Origin: an uncultured Bdellovibrionales bacterium
GTDB lineage: Bacteria > Patescibacteriota > Minisyncoccia > Moranbacterales > UBA2206
Reading direction: 5' to 3'
DNA length: 45,058 nucleotides
NCBI GenBank assembly: GCA_964630615.1
Contig: CAZVVG010000002.1
Span: 2,059 to 47,116 of the forward strand
Shown here: positions 17,453-26,241 of the stretch, one piece after another
Numbering within the stretch: the stretch's first letter is position 1
How the letters are laid out: every line of letters starts with the position of its first letter
Notes under the pieces: model-generated
The model's input: the letters and a program-made list of their open reading frames with translations, nothing else
What the model was told of the DNA's origin: nothing
The model's database searches: none
Translations under genes and position numbers: made by a program

Positions 17453-18010
17453 ATGAAAAAATTTATTTTAGGAAAAAAATTAGGGATGACAACGCTTTAC
17501 AAGGAATTGGAAGCCCAAAATATTACCTTGATTGAATGTTCCTCAAAAGTTACGCTTTTAAGAAGCGAAGAGAAAGACGGTTATCAGGCGGTTCAATTGA
17601 GTTTTTCCGGAAAATCCAAAAAAGAAACAAAAAAAGAATTCCGAACAAAAAACTCTTTGCTTAAGGTCGGAGACATTCTGAATGTGGAAATTTTCAATTT
17701 GGGAGAAAGAGTTTTCGTAACCGGAACGAGTAAGGCAAAAGGGTTTCAAGGGGTAGTAAAAAGACATGGTTTTAAAGGTGGACCTAAATCTCACGGACAT
17801 AAGCACAATTTGAGAGCGCCGGGGTCTATCGGATCGGGCTTTCCGGAACACGTAACTAAGGGAAAAAAGATGGCGGGCCGAATGGGGGGAACGGGAGTTA
17901 CGAGTCAGAATTTAAAAGTTGTCTTAATTGATAAGGAAACTAATTTAATTGGATTAAAAGGAGCGGTTCCTGGAATAACCGGATCCCTGGTTAAGATTTA
18001 TAAAAAATAA
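17453..18010 (+). CDS. rplC: 50S ribosomal protein L3 (short form)
   Basis: GKKLGMTT...GTSKAKGFQGVVKRHGF. Confidence 0.93.
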   Translation: MKKFILGKKLGMTTLYKELEAQNITLIECSSKVTLLRSEEKDGYQAVQLSFSGKSKKETKKEFRTKNSLLKVGDILNVEIFNLGERVFVTGTSKAKGFQGVVKRHGFKGGPKSHGHKHNLRAPGSIGSGFPEHVTKGKKMAGRMGGTGVTSQNLKVVLIDKETNLIGLKGAVPGITGSLVKIYKK

Positions 18011-18012
18011 AA

Positions 18013-18648
18013 ATGGCTAAGCTTAAGGTTTTTAATTTAACGGGAAAAGAAACGGGGGAAGTGGAGCTTTCCCAGAAAATATTTTCTTTGCCAAAAAATA
18101 ATGAACTTATTCATCAGGTTTATGTTTCTTTGCTTTCTAATGCTAGGCAAGTAATTGCTCACACTAAGAATCGAGGGGAGAGAGCAGGTTCCGGCATAAA
18201 GCCCTGGAGACAGAAAGGAACTGGGAGGGCAAGAGTGGGATCGGTCAGAACCCCTCTTTGGAGAAAAGGAGGAGTAGTTTTTGGTCCGAACAAAAATCGA
18301 AACTTCAAGAAAAAAGTTAACCAAAAAATGAAAAAGAAAGCTTTGGCAGTGGCTCTGAGTTCTAAATTTTCTGCTAAGCAGATTTTCGTTTTGGAAAATT
18401 TTAAGCTGGCGCATAACAAAACCAAGGAAATGGCCAGGGCTCTAAAAAATTTAAAAATAGCTAATAACGCTCTTTTGATTTTTTCTAAAAAAGAGAAAGA
18501 ACTGAGACTCTTTAGCCGAAATTTAAAAAAAATAGAAAATACCTTAGCGAGCCAGCTAAATGTAGTGAATATTTTAAATAATAAAATCCTAATTTTTTCC
18601 CAAGATTCGCTAAAAGAATTGGAAAAAAGATTTGAGAAAAAAGCTTAA
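18013..18648 (+). CDS. rplD: 50S ribosomal protein L4
   Basis: KPWRQKGTGRARVGS.RTPLWRKGGVVFGP. Confidence 0.95.
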   Translation: MAKLKVFNLTGKETGEVELSQKIFSLPKNNELIHQVYVSLLSNARQVIAHTKNRGERAGSGIKPWRQKGTGRARVGSVRTPLWRKGGVVFGPNKNRNFKKKVNQKMKKKALAVALSSKFSAKQIFVLENFKLAHNKTKEMARALKNLKIANNALLIFSKKEKELRLFSRNLKKIENTLASQLNVVNILNNKILIFSQDSLKELEKRFEKKA

Positions 18649-18660
18649 AAGAAAAAATTT

Positions 18661-18996
18661 ATGAAAGAAGAAGAAAAGAAAAAAAGCGGAGGAGCTCTGA
18701 ATTTAAAAAAAAGTCTTTCGGATGTTTTGATTAAGCCTTGGATTACCGAAGCTTCTACTAGCCTGACTCAGTGGAATAAATATGTTTTCATTGTGGACAA
18801 GAAGGCGGATAAGAAAATAATTGCGCAAGCCGTAAAAAGCCTTTATCGAGTGACAGTTACCTCAGTGAATATTGTCAATGCTCCCAAAAAGAAAAGGGTT
18901 TATGGAAGAACTTCTGGTTGGAAAGCCAGTTTCAAAAAGGCTCTGGTTACGCTTAAAGCTGGGGATAAAATAGACTTATTTCAGGAAAAAAAGTAA
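18661..18996 (+). CDS. rplW: 50S ribosomal protein L23
   Basis: Position in the operon and the pattern LIKPWITEAS...YVFIVDKKA.K..I..AV...Y.V.V..VN. Confidence 0.9.
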   Translation: MKEEEKKKSGGALNLKKSLSDVLIKPWITEASTSLTQWNKYVFIVDKKADKKIIAQAVKSLYRVTVTSVNIVNAPKKKRVYGRTSGWKASFKKALVTLKAGDKIDLFQEKK

Positions 18997-19005
18997 GAAA
19001 ATTCA

Positions 19006-19839
19006 ATGGCGATAAAAATTTATAAAAAAAATACTGCCGGAAGAAGGAATATGTCTCGAGTCGAGGCCGACTTCGTTTCTGAAAAAAATCCGGAAAAATC
19101 CTTGCTCCGAAAGAAAGTAAAAAAAGCGGGACGTTCTCTGGGAAAGATTTCAGTCCGGCATAAAGGCGGTGGCCATAAAAGGAGATTTAGAAAAATTGAT
19201 TTTTTACAAGAAAAGTTAAATATTCCGGGAAAAATTGTTGCGATTGAGAGAGATCCCAACCGGAGCGCCTTTATCGCTCTGATTCATTATCGAGATGGAG
19301 AAAAAAGATACATTTTGGCTTCGGAGGAAATGAGAACAGGCAGAGAAATTATTTCTGGACCGGAAGTGCCGATTAAGCCCGGCAACCGCACGAGGGTTAA
19401 AAATATTCCGGTCGGAACAGTAATTTGTAATGTTGAACTTTTTCCTGGTCAAGGTGGGCAAATAGCTAGGAGTGCTGGTTCCGGAGTTATTTTAACAGCG
19501 GTGGAGGAGGAAAAAGCTCAAATTAAAATGGCTTCCGGGGAGATAAGAATAATTAAGAATGAATGCTATGCGACCATTGGCCGGGTGATAAATTTTGAAC
19601 ATAATGCTATTAAGATAGGAAAAGCTGGAAGAAAAAGATGGATGGGTATTCGCCCGACGGTCAGAGGAACGGCCATGAATCCAGTCGATCATCCTCACGG
19701 CGGAGGAGAGGGGCGTCAGGGAATTGGCTTGAAACATCCAAAAACTCCTTGGGGCAAACCAGCCTTAGGAAAAAAAACGAGAAAAAGAAAGAAATATAGT
19801 AATAAATTTATAATTAAAAGAAGGGGAAAAAGAAAATAG
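19006..19839 (+). CDS. rplB: 50S ribosomal protein L2
   Basis: RGTAMNPVDHPHGGGEGR. Confidence 0.97.
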   Translation: MAIKIYKKNTAGRRNMSRVEADFVSEKNPEKSLLRKKVKKAGRSLGKISVRHKGGGHKRRFRKIDFLQEKLNIPGKIVAIERDPNRSAFIALIHYRDGEKRYILASEEMRTGREIISGPEVPIKPGNRTRVKNIPVGTVICNVELFPGQGGQIARSAGSGVILTAVEEEKAQIKMASGEIRIIKNECYATIGRVINFEHNAIKIGKAGRKRWMGIRPTVRGTAMNPVDHPHGGGEGRQGIGLKHPKTPWGKPALGKKTRKRKKYSNKFIIKRRGKRK

Positions 19840-19850
19840 GATAAAAATAT

Positions 19851-20195
19851 ATGACTAGAAGTCTAAAAAAGGGCCTCTATATTGATGAAAGGCTTTTGAA
19901 AAAAATAAAAGACAAAAAACCAGGAGACCGGACGGCCATAAAAACCTGGTCCCGATCTTCAGTTATTTCTCCAGAAATGGTTGGTTTCACTTTTGGAGTG
20001 CATAATGGCAAGGAATTTATTCCGGTTTTTGTGGGTGAAGAAATGGTTGGCTATCGACTGGGAGAATTTTCTCCGACCAAGAAATTTCAAAGACATGGGG
20101 GAAAGATTCAAAAAGAACTGGAGATAGTGGCTAAGCAAAAAGAACTTGAATCGGCTAAGGCGGCCAAAGTTTCCCTAGAAGAAGGTAAGAAATAA
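19851..20195 (+). CDS. rpsS: 30S ribosomal protein S19 (with C-terminal extension)
   Basis: SLKKGLYID...[21 protein letters not shown]. Confidence 0.95.
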   Translation: MTRSLKKGLYIDERLLKKIKDKKPGDRTAIKTWSRSSVISPEMVGFTFGVHNGKEFIPVFVGEEMVGYRLGEFSPTKKFQRHGGKIQKELEIVAKQKELESAKAAKVSLEEGKK

Positions 20196-20215
20196 TTTTT
20201 CAATCAGATTTTTTT

Positions 20216-20797
20216 ATGAAAGTAAAGGCCAAACTGAATAATTTAAGGATTGCTCCGAGAAAAGTTCGTTTAGTTGCAGAATTAATTAGAGGATTGGATG
20301 TGGAAGAAGCCCTAAATCAAATAAACACTTCTTTTAAAAGAGGTAGTTTACCGATGAAGAAACTCCTTATAAGTGCCATTAATAATGGAGAAAATAATTT
20401 GGGAATTGATCGAAAAAATATGTATGTTTTCCGGGTTTTAGTTGATGCAGGCACTTCGCTGAAGCGCTGGATGCCGAAAGCCTATGGTCGAGCGGGGAAA
20501 ATTCTCAAGAGGACTTCTCAGGTGGAGATTATCCTTGAAGAGCGGGTGGAGGGAAAGGGAAGAAAGAGTCAAGAAGAACTAGAAGCGGCCCGAAAAAAGC
20601 GTCTGGAGGAAAAAATGAAGAAAGAAAAAGAAGCGCTTAAGGAAAGTGAAGAAAAAAGCGCCATCGCTAAAGACAAAGAGAAAGCCACTAAGATTTCTGA
20701 AAAAGTTAAAGAAAGGCCTTCGGAAAAAGGAAAAAGTTCAGAAGATAAAAAAGGAAAGGGCTGGGTCAGCAAAATCTTCAGAAGGAAATCAATGTAA
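20216..20797 (+). CDS. rplV: 50S ribosomal protein L22 with a K/E-rich C-terminal extension of about 80 aa
   Basis: L22 core (RIAPRKVRLVAELIRG...RWMPKAYGRAG.I.KRTS...I.L) followed by a low-complexity charged tail. Confidence 0.93.
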   Translation: MKVKAKLNNLRIAPRKVRLVAELIRGLDVEEALNQINTSFKRGSLPMKKLLISAINNGENNLGIDRKNMYVFRVLVDAGTSLKRWMPKAYGRAGKILKRTSQVEIILEERVEGKGRKSQEELEAARKKRLEEKMKKEKEALKESEEKSAIAKDKEKATKISEKVKERPSEKGKSSEDKKGKGWVSKIFRRKSM

Positions 20798-20834
20798 TTT
20801 TAGAAAAGTTTAAACTCTAAAAATCTCAAAGAAA

Positions 20835-21497
20835 ATGGGACATAAAGTTAATCCGCAAGGAATCAGGGTTGGAATCACTAACACCTGGCGGTCCAAATGG
20901 TTTAATAAGAAAGAATATAGCCAGCTTCTTCAGCAGGATATTAAAATTCGTCAGGGAATAATGAAAAAATGGAAAAGTTCCGCGATCGCGGATGTGGAAA
21001 TAATCCGCTCGGCGGCTGCCGTTAAATTAATCATCAAAACAGCTCGGCCGGGAGTTTTGATAGGTCGCGGCGGAAATGGTATAGAAGAAATTCAGAAATA
21101 TCTAAAAAGAAATTATTTTAAAAATAAAAAGAGTGGTCTCAATGTGGAAATTAAAGAAATAAAGGATTTTTCCAATGATGCCTTTTTAGTGGCCCAAAAT
21201 GTGGCTGAACAATTAGAAAAAAGAATGCCTTTCCGGCGTGTGATTAAAACTATGTTGGAGCAGGTTTTAAAAAGTGGCTCAATCAAGGGAGTGAAAATTC
21301 AAGTTTCTGGACGGTTGGGGGGTGCGGAAATGTCCCGGGTAGAATCGGTTGCAAAGGGAGTTTTACCCTTGCACACCTTGCGAGCCAACATTGACTTCGC
21401 CCGAGCCACTGCCTATACAACCTACGGAACGATTGGCGTAAAAACTTGGCTTTATAAAGGGCAGGTTTTCCAGAAAGAGAAAAAATTTGGGAAATAA
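20835..21497 (+). CDS. rpsC: 30S ribosomal protein S3
   Basis: MGHKVNPQGIRVGI...GRLGGAEM.R.E. Confidence 0.96.
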   Translation: MGHKVNPQGIRVGITNTWRSKWFNKKEYSQLLQQDIKIRQGIMKKWKSSAIADVEIIRSAAAVKLIIKTARPGVLIGRGGNGIEEIQKYLKRNYFKNKKSGLNVEIKEIKDFSNDAFLVAQNVAEQLEKRMPFRRVIKTMLEQVLKSGSIKGVKIQVSGRLGGAEMSRVESVAKGVLPLHTLRANIDFARATAYTTYGTIGVKTWLYKGQVFQKEKKFGK

Positions 21498-21529
21498 TTT
21501 TTTAAATGGAGTAATTTTTCGCGAAAAAT

Positions 21530-21946
21530 ATGTTAATGCCGAAAAAAGTCAAACACAGAAAGATTCAACGGGGCGGTAAAATTTGGGGCGTTTCTAGTCG
21601 AGGAAATACGCTGAGTTTTGGCAGTTTTGGCTTACGGTCTATAGAGAATAATCTAGTTTCCGCTCGCCAGATTGAAGCGGCTCGAAGAGCGATGACGCGT
21701 TATATTCAAAGAGGAGGCAAAGTTTGGATTAGGATTTTTCCGGATAAACCGATGACTAAGAAGGGCAATGAAACTCCAATGGGCAAGGGCAAAGGCTCTG
21801 TGGATCATTTCGTCGCAGTAGTTAAGGCGGGTCGGATTCTTTTTGAGATGGATGGAATAAAGAGAGAGGCGGCCAAAGAAGCAATGAAGTTGGCTTCCTA
21901 TAAGCTAAACGTGAAAACTAAATTTGTTGAAAAAAACGGAGAATAA
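21530..21946 (+). CDS. rplP: 50S ribosomal protein L16
   Basis: [11 protein letters not shown]...[37 protein letters not shown]. Confidence 0.96.
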   Translation: MLMPKKVKHRKIQRGGKIWGVSSRGNTLSFGSFGLRSIENNLVSARQIEAARRAMTRYIQRGGKVWIRIFPDKPMTKKGNETPMGKGKGSVDHFVAVVKAGRILFEMDGIKREAAKEAMKLASYKLNVKTKFVEKNGE

Positions 21947-21950
21947 GAAT

Positions 21951-22136
21951 ATGAAGATTCAAGAACTAAAAGAAAAAGAAAAGGCTGAATTGGAAAAACT
22001 TCTAGCCGAAAAGAAAGAAAAGGCCAGGGAGTTACGCTTTTCCATTTCTTCGAAACAAATTAAAAATAATCGGGAATTACGAAATACTAAAAAAGAAATT
22101 GCCCGAATTTTGACCTTAATCAATAAAGCAAAATAG
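21951..22136 (+). CDS. rpmC: 50S ribosomal protein L29
   Basis: ATG at 21951 after a ggag SD. The listed TTG at 21924 overlaps rplP and is less likely. Typical L29 length and helical K/E pattern, and the expected position between rplP and rpsQ. Confidence 0.88.
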   Translation: MKIQELKEKEKAELEKLLAEKKEKARELRFSISSKQIKNNRELRNTKKEIARILTLINKAK

Positions 22137-22139
22137 GCT

Positions 22140-22394
22140 ATGGAAAAGAATGGTGAAAAAAGAGAGATTTTATTCAAGAAGAGAGGAATTGTTGTTAGTG
22201 ACAAAATGGAAAAAACGGTGGTAGTTTCCGTGGTTAGCTTTGAAACCCATCCCCGTTACGGAAAGAAGTATAAAATAACCCGGCGCTATAAGGCGGATGA
22301 TCCGGAAAAAAAGTTTAAAATTGGAGATCTAGTGGAGATTGTTTCTTGCCGGCCTGTGAGTAAAGAAAAAAGGTTTAAGGTTATTTATTCTTAA
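22140..22394 (+). CDS. rpsQ: 30S ribosomal protein S17
   Basis: G.VVSDKM.KT.VV.V......HP.Y.K......K..AHD pattern, and the expected position. Confidence 0.93.
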   Translation: MEKNGEKREILFKKRGIVVSDKMEKTVVVSVVSFETHPRYGKKYKITRRYKADDPEKKFKIGDLVEIVSCRPVSKEKRFKVIYS

Positions 22395-22403
22395 AAAAAA
22401 TAG

Positions 22404-22769
22404 ATGATTCAAGCAGAAACAAGATTAAAGGTAGCGGATAACACGGGAGCTCGCGTTATTGAATGTTTTAAGGTTTTGGGTGGCACTCGTCGACGTTACG
22501 CTCAAATTGGAGATATTGTGGTGGCTTCGGTAAAAGTCGCTGAACCGCGAGGACTAGTAAAAAAGGGCGATAAAGTTAAGGCTGTGATTGTTCGCCAAAA
22601 AAGGGAAAAAAGAAGAAAAGACGGCACCTATATCCGATTTGATGAAAACGCGGCGGTAATTTTAGAAGGAACTGAGCCCAAGGGAACCAGAATTTTTGGT
22701 CCAATTGCCAGGGAGATCAGGGAAAAAGGTTTTAATAAAATAATTTCTCTAGCTTCAGAAGTTTTGTAA
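22404..22769 (+). CDS. rplN: 50S ribosomal protein L14
   Basis: [17 protein letters not shown]...GPIARE.R. Confidence 0.97.
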   Translation: MIQAETRLKVADNTGARVIECFKVLGGTRRRYAQIGDIVVASVKVAEPRGLVKKGDKVKAVIVRQKREKRRKDGTYIRFDENAAVILEGTEPKGTRIFGPIAREIREKGFNKIISLASEVL

Positions 22770-22789
22770 TTCTGGGCTGAGGCTTTGTT

Positions 22790-23095
22790 ATGAAGATTAA
22801 AAAAGGAGATAAAGTAAAAATGCTAATCGGAAAAGACGGCGGTAAAAGCGGAAAGGTTCTAAAAATTTTTCCCCGGGAAGGGAAGCTGACGGTAGAAGGC
22901 TTGAATTTGGTAAAAAAACACAAACGGCCAAGAAGAGAAGGAGAAAAAGGACAGAGAATAGAAATTCCGAGAAAAATTGATACTTCCAATGTTCAACTTA
23001 TTTGTTCCAAATGCGGTCAGGCCACAAAAGCCACCTATGAACTTAAGGGTGAAGAAAAAATGAGAAAGTGTAAAAAGTGCAAGGGAGAAATTTAA
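22790..23095 (+). CDS. rplX: 50S ribosomal protein L24 (with C-terminal CxxC...CxxC)
   Basis: KIKKGDKV....GKD.GK.GKV KOW motif, and the expected position. Confidence 0.93.
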   Translation: MKIKKGDKVKMLIGKDGGKSGKVLKIFPREGKLTVEGLNLVKKHKRPRREGEKGQRIEIPRKIDTSNVQLICSKCGQATKATYELKGEEKMRKCKKCKGEI

Positions 23096-23122
23096 CCTCC
23101 TTAAAAAAAGTAAAGAAAAACT

Positions 23123-23665
23123 ATGCTAAGTTTAAAGGAAAAATATTTAAAAGAAGTTATTCCAGAAATGAAGAAGCAATTTGGCTTTAAGAATGATTTG
23201 CAAGTTCCTCGGATTGAAAAGCTGGTTATCAATGTTGGAATTGGTGGTTTGCTTAACGATAGCGCCTTGGTCAAAGAAGCGACAGATTCTTTATCGGTTA
23301 TCGCGGGTCAAAAAGTGGTTTTAACTCAATCCCGTAAATCGATCGCCGGCTTTAAAATTCGCAAGGGGTTAAAGGTCGGAATTAAAGCCACTCTGCGAGG
23401 AAAAAGAATGTGGGAATTTTTAGAAAAGTTAGTTGGGGCGGCTATTCCTCGAATTCGTGACTTTCAGGGAATCAAAAAATCCGCTATTGATCAAGGGGGT
23501 AATTTGAATCTGGGTGTGAAAGAACACACGGTTTTTCCCGAAATCCTTCCCGAAAAAGTAAAAAAAGTTATCAGTCTCCAGATAAATATCGTAACGGGAG
23601 CCAAGAATAGAGAAGAAGGACTGGCGCTTTTTAAATATTTAAAATTTCCTCTTAAGTTAAATTAG
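23123..23665 (+). CDS. rplE: 50S ribosomal protein L5
   Basis: PRIEKLVINVGIG...AGQK.V.T.SRKSIAGFK.R. Confidence 0.96.
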   Translation: MLSLKEKYLKEVIPEMKKQFGFKNDLQVPRIEKLVINVGIGGLLNDSALVKEATDSLSVIAGQKVVLTQSRKSIAGFKIRKGLKVGIKATLRGKRMWEFLEKLVGAAIPRIRDFQGIKKSAIDQGGNLNLGVKEHTVFPEILPEKVKKVISLQINIVTGAKNREEGLALFKYLKFPLKLN

Positions 23666-23674
23666 TTTAAAAAT

Positions 23675-23860
23675 ATGGCCAAAGAATCAGTAAAAGCGAG
23701 AGCAAAAAAGAAGCCGAAATTTTCCACTCGGATCGTTCGGCGTTGCTGGAAATGCGGAAGAAAACAAGGCTATTTGCGCAAGTTTAATATTTGCCGGATT
23801 TGCTTTCGGGAATTAGCCAGCACTAATCAGCTTCCCGGAATAAAAAAGTCCAGCTGGTAA
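23675..23860 (+). CDS. rpsN: 30S ribosomal protein S14 type Z (zinc-binding, 61 aa)
   Basis: CWKCGR...CRICFRE and a terminal W. Confidence 0.95.
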   Translation: MAKESVKARAKKKPKFSTRIVRRCWKCGRKQGYLRKFNICRICFRELASTNQLPGIKKSSW

Positions 23861-23892
23861 AATTTTTTTATTTAAGTTTTTGATTAATCTTT

Positions 23893-24297
23893 ATGTTAGA
23901 TCCAATAGCAGAGATGTTAGCCAGAATAAATAACGCCCAAAGAGCGGGTAAAAAAGAAGTTTTTGTTAAAGCTTCTAAACTTAAACTTGCGATTGCTAAG
24001 ATTTTAGAAAAAGAGGGCTTTGTGGAAAAAACAACCCACATTAAAGAGGTTAAACTAAGCTTAATTAAGATTGTCCTAAAATACTCAGCTACCTCCCGAA
24101 CCAAGATCATGCCGGCCATAAAAGGAATGAGAAGAATCAGTCGGGAGGGCCAACGTCGCTATATTCAAAACCGTGATATTCGGGAAGTTAAGGATAATTT
24201 CGGCATTGGCATAATTTCCACCTCCAAGGGGGTAATGACAAATTGGGAAGCCAAAAAAAGTGGTTTAGGCGGAGAATATATTTGCGAAATTTGGTAA
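23893..24297 (+). CDS. rpsH: 30S ribosomal protein S8
   Basis: DPIADMLARI.NA pattern and a C-terminal GGE..C..W. Confidence 0.95.
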   Translation: MLDPIAEMLARINNAQRAGKKEVFVKASKLKLAIAKILEKEGFVEKTTHIKEVKLSLIKIVLKYSATSRTKIMPAIKGMRRISREGQRRYIQNRDIREVKDNFGIGIISTSKGVMTNWEAKKSGLGGEYICEIW

Positions 24298-24326
24298 AAT
24301 AAGAAACAGAATTTATATTTTATTTT

Positions 24327-24875
24327 ATGTCAAGAATTGGAAAAAAAATAATTAATCTCCCAAAAAACGTTTCCGTTAAAGTAGAAAAAGGAGATTTGGA
24401 AGTCAGCGGCCCTAAGGGGGCTCTCGATCTAAAAATTCCCAGAGAAATAGAGGTTCAACTTAAAGACCAGGAAGTTTCTTTTCAGGTAAAGATTAAGACA
24501 AAAAAATCAGCCGCTCTTTGGGGCTTGACGCGAGCGCTGGTAAACAATATGGTCATTGGGGTCACAGAAGGTTATCAAAAAAGTCTGGAACTTCAGGGAG
24601 TTGGCTACCGTATGTCCATCCAAGGAAAAAAATTGGTTTTAGTGTTAGGCTTTTCCCATCCGATTGAAATTGCAATACCGCCGGAATTAGAAGTAAAAAT
24701 TGGAGAAGGAAATACCTTGATAATTTCCGGGACCGGAAAGAAAATAGTCGGCCAATTTGCGGCAGATATCAGGAAAATAAGAAAAGCTGAACCGTATAAG
24801 GGTAAAGGCTTCCGTTACGTCGGAGAACAAGTTCGAAGAAAAGCAGGCAAGAAAGCCGCGACCGCGGCCAAATAG
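24327..24875 (+). CDS. rplF: 50S ribosomal protein L6
   Basis: MSRIGKK.I..P..V.V...; EPYKGKG.RY.GE.V..K.GK. Confidence 0.96.
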   Translation: MSRIGKKIINLPKNVSVKVEKGDLEVSGPKGALDLKIPREIEVQLKDQEVSFQVKIKTKKSAALWGLTRALVNNMVIGVTEGYQKSLELQGVGYRMSIQGKKLVLVLGFSHPIEIAIPPELEVKIGEGNTLIISGTGKKIVGQFAADIRKIRKAEPYKGKGFRYVGEQVRRKAGKKAATAAK

Positions 24876-24898
24876 TTTTTTAATCAAGCGATAATTTT

Positions 24899-25249
24899 AT
24901 GAAGAAATTAAATAATAGGAATCAATTGAGGTTGAAAAGAAAAAAAAGAATCCGGGCAAAAATTTCCGGAGATTTGCAGCGGCCAAGAATTTCAATTTTT
25001 AAAAGTCTGAGCAATCTTCAGGTACAAGTTGTTGACGACAAACAGGGTCGAACGCTTCTTGCTTTAACGACCAAGGAAGCTAAGCTGAAAAATAATGTTG
25101 AAGGTGCAAAAAAATTAGGCAAACTTCTGGCGGAAAAATGCCTGAAAAAAAAGATTGAGAAAATAGTTTTTGACCGTTCGGGTTATAAATTTCACGGAAA
25201 AATAAAGTCTTTGGCTGAGGGTGCCAGAGAGGGCGGTTTAGTTTTTTAA
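24899..25249 (+). CDS. rplR: 50S ribosomal protein L18
   Basis: RPRISIFKS...QVVDD..G.TL...; FDR.GY.FHGK.K.LAEGAREGGL.F. Confidence 0.95.
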   Translation: MKKLNNRNQLRLKRKKRIRAKISGDLQRPRISIFKSLSNLQVQVVDDKQGRTLLALTTKEAKLKNNVEGAKKLGKLLAEKCLKKKIEKIVFDRSGYKFHGKIKSLAEGAREGGLVF

Positions 25250-25260
25250 AGATTAAAAAT

Positions 25261-25764
25261 ATGTCTCAAGAGAGAGGAAAATTTAGAACCAGAAGAGAAA
25301 AGCCAGAATTTGATCAAAAGCTTTTAGATTTGGCCCGAGTGACTCGGGTTGTCAAAGGTGGAAGACGCTTTCGTTTTCGCGCGACCTTGGTAATCGGGAA
25401 TCGAAAAGGAAGGGTGGGTGTTGGGGTTGGGAAAGGCGGAGATGTTTCAGAAGCGATCCGCAAAGCCTTTGAAAACGGAAAGAAAAATCTGATTAATGTG
25501 GTAATGAAAAAAAATACCATTCCCCAGAATGTTTTTTGTAAACTCGGAAGTGCTAAAATTATTCTCAAACCGGCTATTCCTGGTAAAGGAATTATTGCCG
25601 GAGGGGCCGTTCGGGCGGTCGTAGATTTAGCGGGAATTAAAGATGTGGTTTCCAAATCTTTAGGCACTTCCAATAAACTCAATGTGGCGCGAGCGACAAT
25701 TAAGGCGCTTTTAGAGTCAGGCAGTTCACTTTCCCGAAAGAAGCGCTTGGGAGAAAAAAAATAA
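25261..25764 (+). CDS. rpsE: 30S ribosomal protein S5
   Basis: V.RV.KVVKGGRRFRF.A.VV.GN..G.VG.G.GK; GGAVRAV...AGI.D. Confidence 0.96.
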   Translation: MSQERGKFRTRREKPEFDQKLLDLARVTRVVKGGRRFRFRATLVIGNRKGRVGVGVGKGGDVSEAIRKAFENGKKNLINVVMKKNTIPQNVFCKLGSAKIILKPAIPGKGIIAGGAVRAVVDLAGIKDVVSKSLGTSNKLNVARATIKALLESGSSLSRKKRLGEKK

Positions 25765-25777
25765 GCTTATTATAAAA

Positions 25778-26236
25778 ATGCAAATCCACAATCTAAAAAT
25801 TGAAAAATCTCAGCGGCGAAGAAAGCGAGTCGGGCGGGGCGGGAAAAAAGGTACTTATTCCGGAAGAGGGAATAAGGGACAAAAAGCCCGCAGCGGTGTT
25901 TCCCTGGATCCGCTTTTTGAAGGAGGACGTTCTTCCTTGGTGGATCGAATGAAAAAAATCAAAGGTTTTAAGTCGCTCAAACCTAAAAACCTAGTCCTTA
26001 AACTTTCCTTACTGGAAAAGAAATTTAAGGACGGAGATTTAATTAATCGGGAAGCTTTGATAGCGTCGGGTTATTTTGGTAGTATGGAAACACAAAGAAG
26101 GAAGATTAAAATTTTAAATTCTCCCGGCTTCAAGACTAAATTAAAAATCTCTTCCCAAGAAATTTATCTTAGCGCTTCGGCTCAAAAGACTATTAAAGCC
26201 GTTGGGGGGGAAATCCTTGCGTCACTCAAAAAATAA
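25778..26236 (+). CDS. rplO: 50S ribosomal protein L15
   Basis: KRVGRGGKKGTYSGRGNKGQKARSG. It starts 13 nt after rpsE, so there is no room for rpmD. Confidence 0.95.
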   Translation: MQIHNLKIEKSQRRRKRVGRGGKKGTYSGRGNKGQKARSGVSLDPLFEGGRSSLVDRMKKIKGFKSLKPKNLVLKLSLLEKKFKDGDLINREALIASGYFGSMETQRRKIKILNSPGFKTKLKISSQEIYLSASAQKTIKAVGGEILASLKK

Positions 26237-26241
26237 AATAA

